From contig OZ037768.1 of assembly GCA_964035545.1 (NCBI GenBank), positions 20,009,700 to 20,073,699 on the forward strand: a stretch of 64,000 nucleotides of DNA, in the 5' to 3' direction. Of the stretch, positions 59,601 to 64,000 are shown piece by piece. The DNA comes from Bugula neritina (taxonomy: Eukaryota > Animalia > Bryozoa). Below the pieces are notes generated by a model, which saw only the letters and a list, made by a program, of their open reading frames with translations, was not told the DNA's origin and made no database searches. The translations under genes were made by a program, and so were the position numbers. How positions within the stretch are numbered: position 1 is the first letter of the stretch; each line of letters starts with the position of its first letter.

Positions 59601-62600
59601 ATTCTAGTAGTGTATGTACAACTGATGGATAGGTATGAGGAATTTGTATTGATAGACATAGGCTAAAGGTTATCAATAATCTCCCACAGTGTTTACAGTA
59701 CACATAATTCTGTCACATGGAATAAATCAGTTAGGTTGAATCATCCACATTCATTCACCAACTGAACTATTGATGCCACTGAAGATATCCTGGTGAGTAC
59801 AAGGAAAGGTTGACAGCGCATTTCTTGGAACATAACTCACCAGCTTGAAAGTCAGTACACAACTAGTAGGCAGCAAAACGCCTGCAGCCGTCACAAAATA
59901 GTTGTGTTTTTAAGGACTAGAGGTTGTCTTGAAGTCAGATAAAAGTTTTAGAATCTGAGGCTTATTTGATATTCCCAAAGCTAAAACCAGCTGCATTCTT
60001 TGTGAGCAAAAGTTTTTAATACTTTGATTTTTTTTAATTTATAAAGGAAGTTCGGACACACAGGCAGCTTTCTTGTCTACCATCTAGGAACTGGCAAGGG
60101 ACTCTATTCGCCCTCCCCCTTAAATTCCAATTAAAACTCAGCCTAAATGGGCACAGCCCAAAACACTCACCACATGTCGAGGGAGGCGTTGTAAGTTGTA
60201 GATCCAAACAGAACATCTGGCGGGCGGTACCACAGGGTGACTACCTCATTTGAATAGGTTTTGCTAGGAATAGACTTAGCTCTTGCCAGACCTGTAAAAA
60301 GATGGCAGGCTAGACAAAGTGGCCAATCAAATGATAACATTAATAATCCCCAGTGTCTTGTGTCTTGAGAATAATAAACAGCCAGGAAATGCTGAGAGTG
60401 AATAAGAAGGCAGCTGGCCAATGGCGTTGCCAGGCAACAGATCTATACATACACATGCAAATACATCTACAGATAATTTTGCATATTCAATGAATATGTA
60501 AAAATATAGCAACTGTGAAGGACATTGATTTGAAGGTATAGAGCAGTATGCCAACAGCTTACGATTAATGCTGTTCATTATAAAGCCTGCATTGAACATC
60601 AACTGCATTCAAAGACTTAATTTGCATATTAATTTACATTTATTCTGTTAGACCAGAGTTCTCAAAAGGTTAGTCATAAATTAATGGCAGTAGGCATTTG
60701 TGTCACGCAAACTATTTTTATCAACTAACATATTGTTCCTATATTTGCAATAAGCAGAAAAATATTTTGATGAATAATTTACCAAAGTCAGCCAGCTTGA
60801 GCTCCCCAACGTCACTAATCAGCAAATTTTGTGGCTTCAAATCCCTGCAATAAAATAAGAGAATTTAGGTCATGTCCTGATCCGTCCAGTTGAATTCTTC
60901 CTGTTTTTGGGTGAATAAATGAAGGAATTGACCATTTCCTGTTACATAACCATATTGTCACAGGAAGTAGTGGCTGAGCGTATGCATACCATGCATGCCT
61001 TGCTTCAATGGTTACAGGTCAGTAATGTTAATATCAATCAGCTTGTAGTTTCTATATGTTTTAGTCAATCCAAGTTGTAGTGTGATTATACAGTAAAATA
61101 TTACACAGTATAGTTCTCAAGAGATATATTGATGTTACACTTAAACCAACTGACATCGCAATAGTCACCAGTGAGAGGCTTTAGAGACACTAATAAGTAT
61201 GGTGTGAGAACTAATGTATTCCCATATAATATTCAAATAAATTACATAAGAAATGCTATGAAAAGAAAACCTCAAATGTGTTGTGTTGATGAGATGTTAA
61301 TGTTATGCAATTAAAAAGATGAATGATAGACAGCTGAAATGGCAGATGCATGCAATATAAAATATACAGCATATACAGAGTGTATATAGTAAAGTTTGTA
61401 TAGTAAAGTTTATATAGTAAAGTGTGTATAGCAAAGTGTGTATAGTAAAGGGTATATAGTAAAGTGTGTATAGCAAAGTTTGTAGTAAAGTGTGTATAGC
61501 AAAGTGTGTATAGCAAAGTGTGTATAGTAAAGTGTGTATAGGGAAAGTCAAAGGTCTTGCAGTACATAGTAATTATTCCCAGCTATAAACATCTAGGTAA
61601 CATAATCAATAGCACCAAAGGTGAAGTATTATGAGGTAACTAGGAGGGGATGAAGTGGGAATGAAGGGAGAAAACTCCCATAGGTATTACGTAACAACTT
61701 CTAGTATGTATTCCGATTGCTGGAATATTTTGGCCTCTCTTACAAAATTCAAACTCGATCACCGAACTTACAAGCCAAGTGTCAAAAACTAGACGGAATT
61801 TATGAATGGGTTGACAGGAAGTTGAGAAAGTGTGAAAGTATGATTAGCTGTGTCAGGTATGCATGTTAACTGGGTGGAACGTGTCATACCTGTGAAGGAT
61901 CCTTTTGTTGTGACAGAAGGCCAAGCCTCTCAGCAATTGAAAGAGGAATATCTACAATATCATTACATGGTTATCAGAAAGTAACATAACAAAATTTTCA
62001 TAATTTATTTGGTTTAGCCTTGGTTCAGTTGAATGCCGGTTTTACAAGATGGAGGCAAGACTATCAAATGCTTATTACACAAGAAATAGGAACTTCAGGT
62101 AACATGACTCAACAGTATTGCTAAACTAATTGCCAGATGAATGCACACAGAGTCAATTATCCCTGCAGGTAATAGTTTAGCTACGCAGGTAATAGTGTAG
62201 TGTTTCCCTGAGGAAACTATGAATTAACTTTAATGACACGAAGCCTCTACAAATATTTTCACTTGCATAGACTTCTAAATCCAATATTACACAGCAGTGC
62301 AGATTACTAGCAAGATAAATCAACCTAGTGCTCAAAAGAATATATAATTATTTCCCAACACTTGAGCCTTCAGTTAATTGACTGAGTTATACACTTTATA
62401 TAACTTAATAACTCTTGACAGCATAACCTGGAGTAGGCCGTAGTAGACAGCTGAGGTGAAGCAATTAAAAACTGTAATGCAATACCACTTCAATATAATT
62501 AATCACCATACTTAATAACCCCATCAGACGTATAATCATCATGATGGATGCTGACATGTGACTGATGCCAACACATGACGTTATGTAGCTCAGGTAGTTC

Positions 62601-63913
62601 ATAACTTCAGCCTATTAGCTGCAGGGCACAGTTGCTGCCAGTCTGACAGCAGCAGCATATTACTACTGAGTCCATGTAGTCTGGGTACGCTAACACGCAG
62701 AGCAATGCCAAGAGCACAATATGATATTATATAGCTAGACCTTAGGCTAAATAGACTCAGACCTCATGCTAGATTTATAGTCAATCCTAACACTGCCTTT
62801 CAGTGACAAATAGAAACAGTCACCAGAATCTAAGCTAGACAAAGCTGGCAGCTCATGCATTGTGAGTGGCTAGAACCAACTGACCTTGACATTGTGCGAG
62901 TGCAGACCTCCTGGATGTTTCTCGTTGTACTGGTTGAGGTCCGTCTCCTAAAACAGGAAGTAGCAGATACAGTGACACAGCCAGGAGACCTTACAATGCT
63001 AACCATTCTTAAGTTTCACCGTTTTACAGACAATATAAAGCACATTTTATATGAAATAAGTTGTTTAACACTGGCATTGCTAAAGACTGGGTTAAAATAG
63101 CAGAGAGTGGAGTGTGACCACTCTATCTAAAATACATCCCTACACGCTTGGTATCTACTACCTTTAGTAAGGTACATATAACCTACAGGTAAGTAGCTAC
63201 AGGTAAGTACCTTCAGGTAAGTACCTTCAGGTAAATACACAAGCAGATGCATATAATCATTAAATCACAGATGTTGAGCTATGAGCAGGGAAAGAGAAAT
63301 CTTACCACATATTCAAAGACAAAGGTGAGAGTGTCTGTGGTGTGAACAATATCATGCAGTGTCACTATATTTGTGTGTCTCAAATCTTTCAATAGTGAAG
63401 CTAAAAATAGAAAAAAATAATGATATGACACATCCATAATAATATAATATTCCACACTTCCATGAGGCCAGGTTATTAGCATGAGGTTAAGCAAATTATT
63501 TGCTAGATCAATAGCCATAAATTTGAATTATGATTTTCAAAGGCTTCATGCTATAAATACAAATAAATTTGATCTTTCAGTTATTGGCAGCAAATACCGC
63601 ATGCTGCCAAAGCTAGGCATTGTGGGTAATAGAGCTGTAAGGTGTCACCTCAAGTCACAACTGAATTCCCATAACATAATACAATACAATATCCAGTTAC
63701 TAGGAAATTGTGAGAATATACACTCTGATGTAACACAGTAAACGGTGAAAAAGGTGAACAAAGGAACCACATTAATGACACTTTAAAAGTGTGTGAAGAT
63801 AAAGCGCTACAATAAGCATAGCCTGTGACCTACCCTCTCTAATAGCAGTGAATGGGGTGCCCTCCTCCTCTTTTAACCTCGTCTCTTTAAGAGCAACAAT
63901 CTGTTGAGTCAAT
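56610..63913 (-). CDS. CDK14: PFTAIRE cyclin-dependent kinase (CDK14/15-like), 5'-truncated; exons 63834-63913, 63306-63400, 62885-62947, 61890-61951, 60783-60844, 60171-60291, 58194-58287, 57631-57694, 57110-57298, 56610-56725
   Basis: [89 protein letters not shown]. All phases are consistent. Confidence 0.95.
59380..59578. repeat. 14-bp minisatellite (actagtgactatat / actagtgtctgtgt, partly alternating)
   Basis: Direct inspection; CDK14 intron. Confidence 0.9.
61378..61541. repeat. 14-bp minisatellite (tatagtaaagtgtg)
   Basis: Direct inspection; CDK14 intron. Confidence 0.9.
63181..63238. repeat. 14-bp x4 minisatellite (cttcaggtaagtac)
   Basis: CAG at 63186, 63200, 63214 and 63228; CDK14 intron. 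Confidence 0.85.
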
Positions 63914-64000
63914 CTAAAAGTAATCATAGAAAATATTTCAAACTCTGGCTGTCAGTAGCCTTGAGGTACCAGTGAGCTATTAATAGGGAGAATTAATAAC

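Noticed and set aside
56610-63913. PCTAIRE (CDK16-18) assignment for the kinase
   Set aside because: The sequence reads PFTAIRE, with CDK14-type HPGGLH and GVAAFxGMKD motifs.

Overview
AT-rich, intron-dense animal (invertebrate-like) genomic DNA; I saw no prokaryotic features. Five parts were reconstructed by hand from GT-AG boundaries and reading phase. (1) <1-25170 (+): the 3' part (about 48 exons, ~4,770 codons in-window) of a giant cell-surface protein. It has two duplicated super-modules with 9 degenerate F-type-lectin-fold domains and ~15 sushi/CCP-like domains, then one 6.3-kb exon with 42 x 49-aa acidic Thr/Ser mucin repeats, then a GPI-type hydrophobic tail. (2) 27.4-30.0 kb: a 1.2-kb inverted-repeat-bounded element with a nested 40-bp palindromic insertion, followed by three phase-compatible orphan exons. 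(3) 31.0-38.2 kb: a head-to-head pair of six-cysteine Shisa-like/CX membrane protein genes. (4) 43168-46594 (-): Frizzled of the 1/2/7 group, head-to-head with a complete NOSIP gene at 48793-55801 (+). (5) 56610->63913 (-): a PFTAIRE kinase (CDK14/15-like), 5' end outside the window. There are also tRNA-derived SINE copies and micro/minisatellites. The highlights are the lectin-fold/sushi/mucin/GPI receptor, whose exon phasing permits combinatorial splicing, and the CDK14->Frizzled tandem linkage, which mirrors human CDK14-FZD1 and CDK15-FZD7 and has Shisa-like genes beside it. All exon models are manual and unverified by transcripts.
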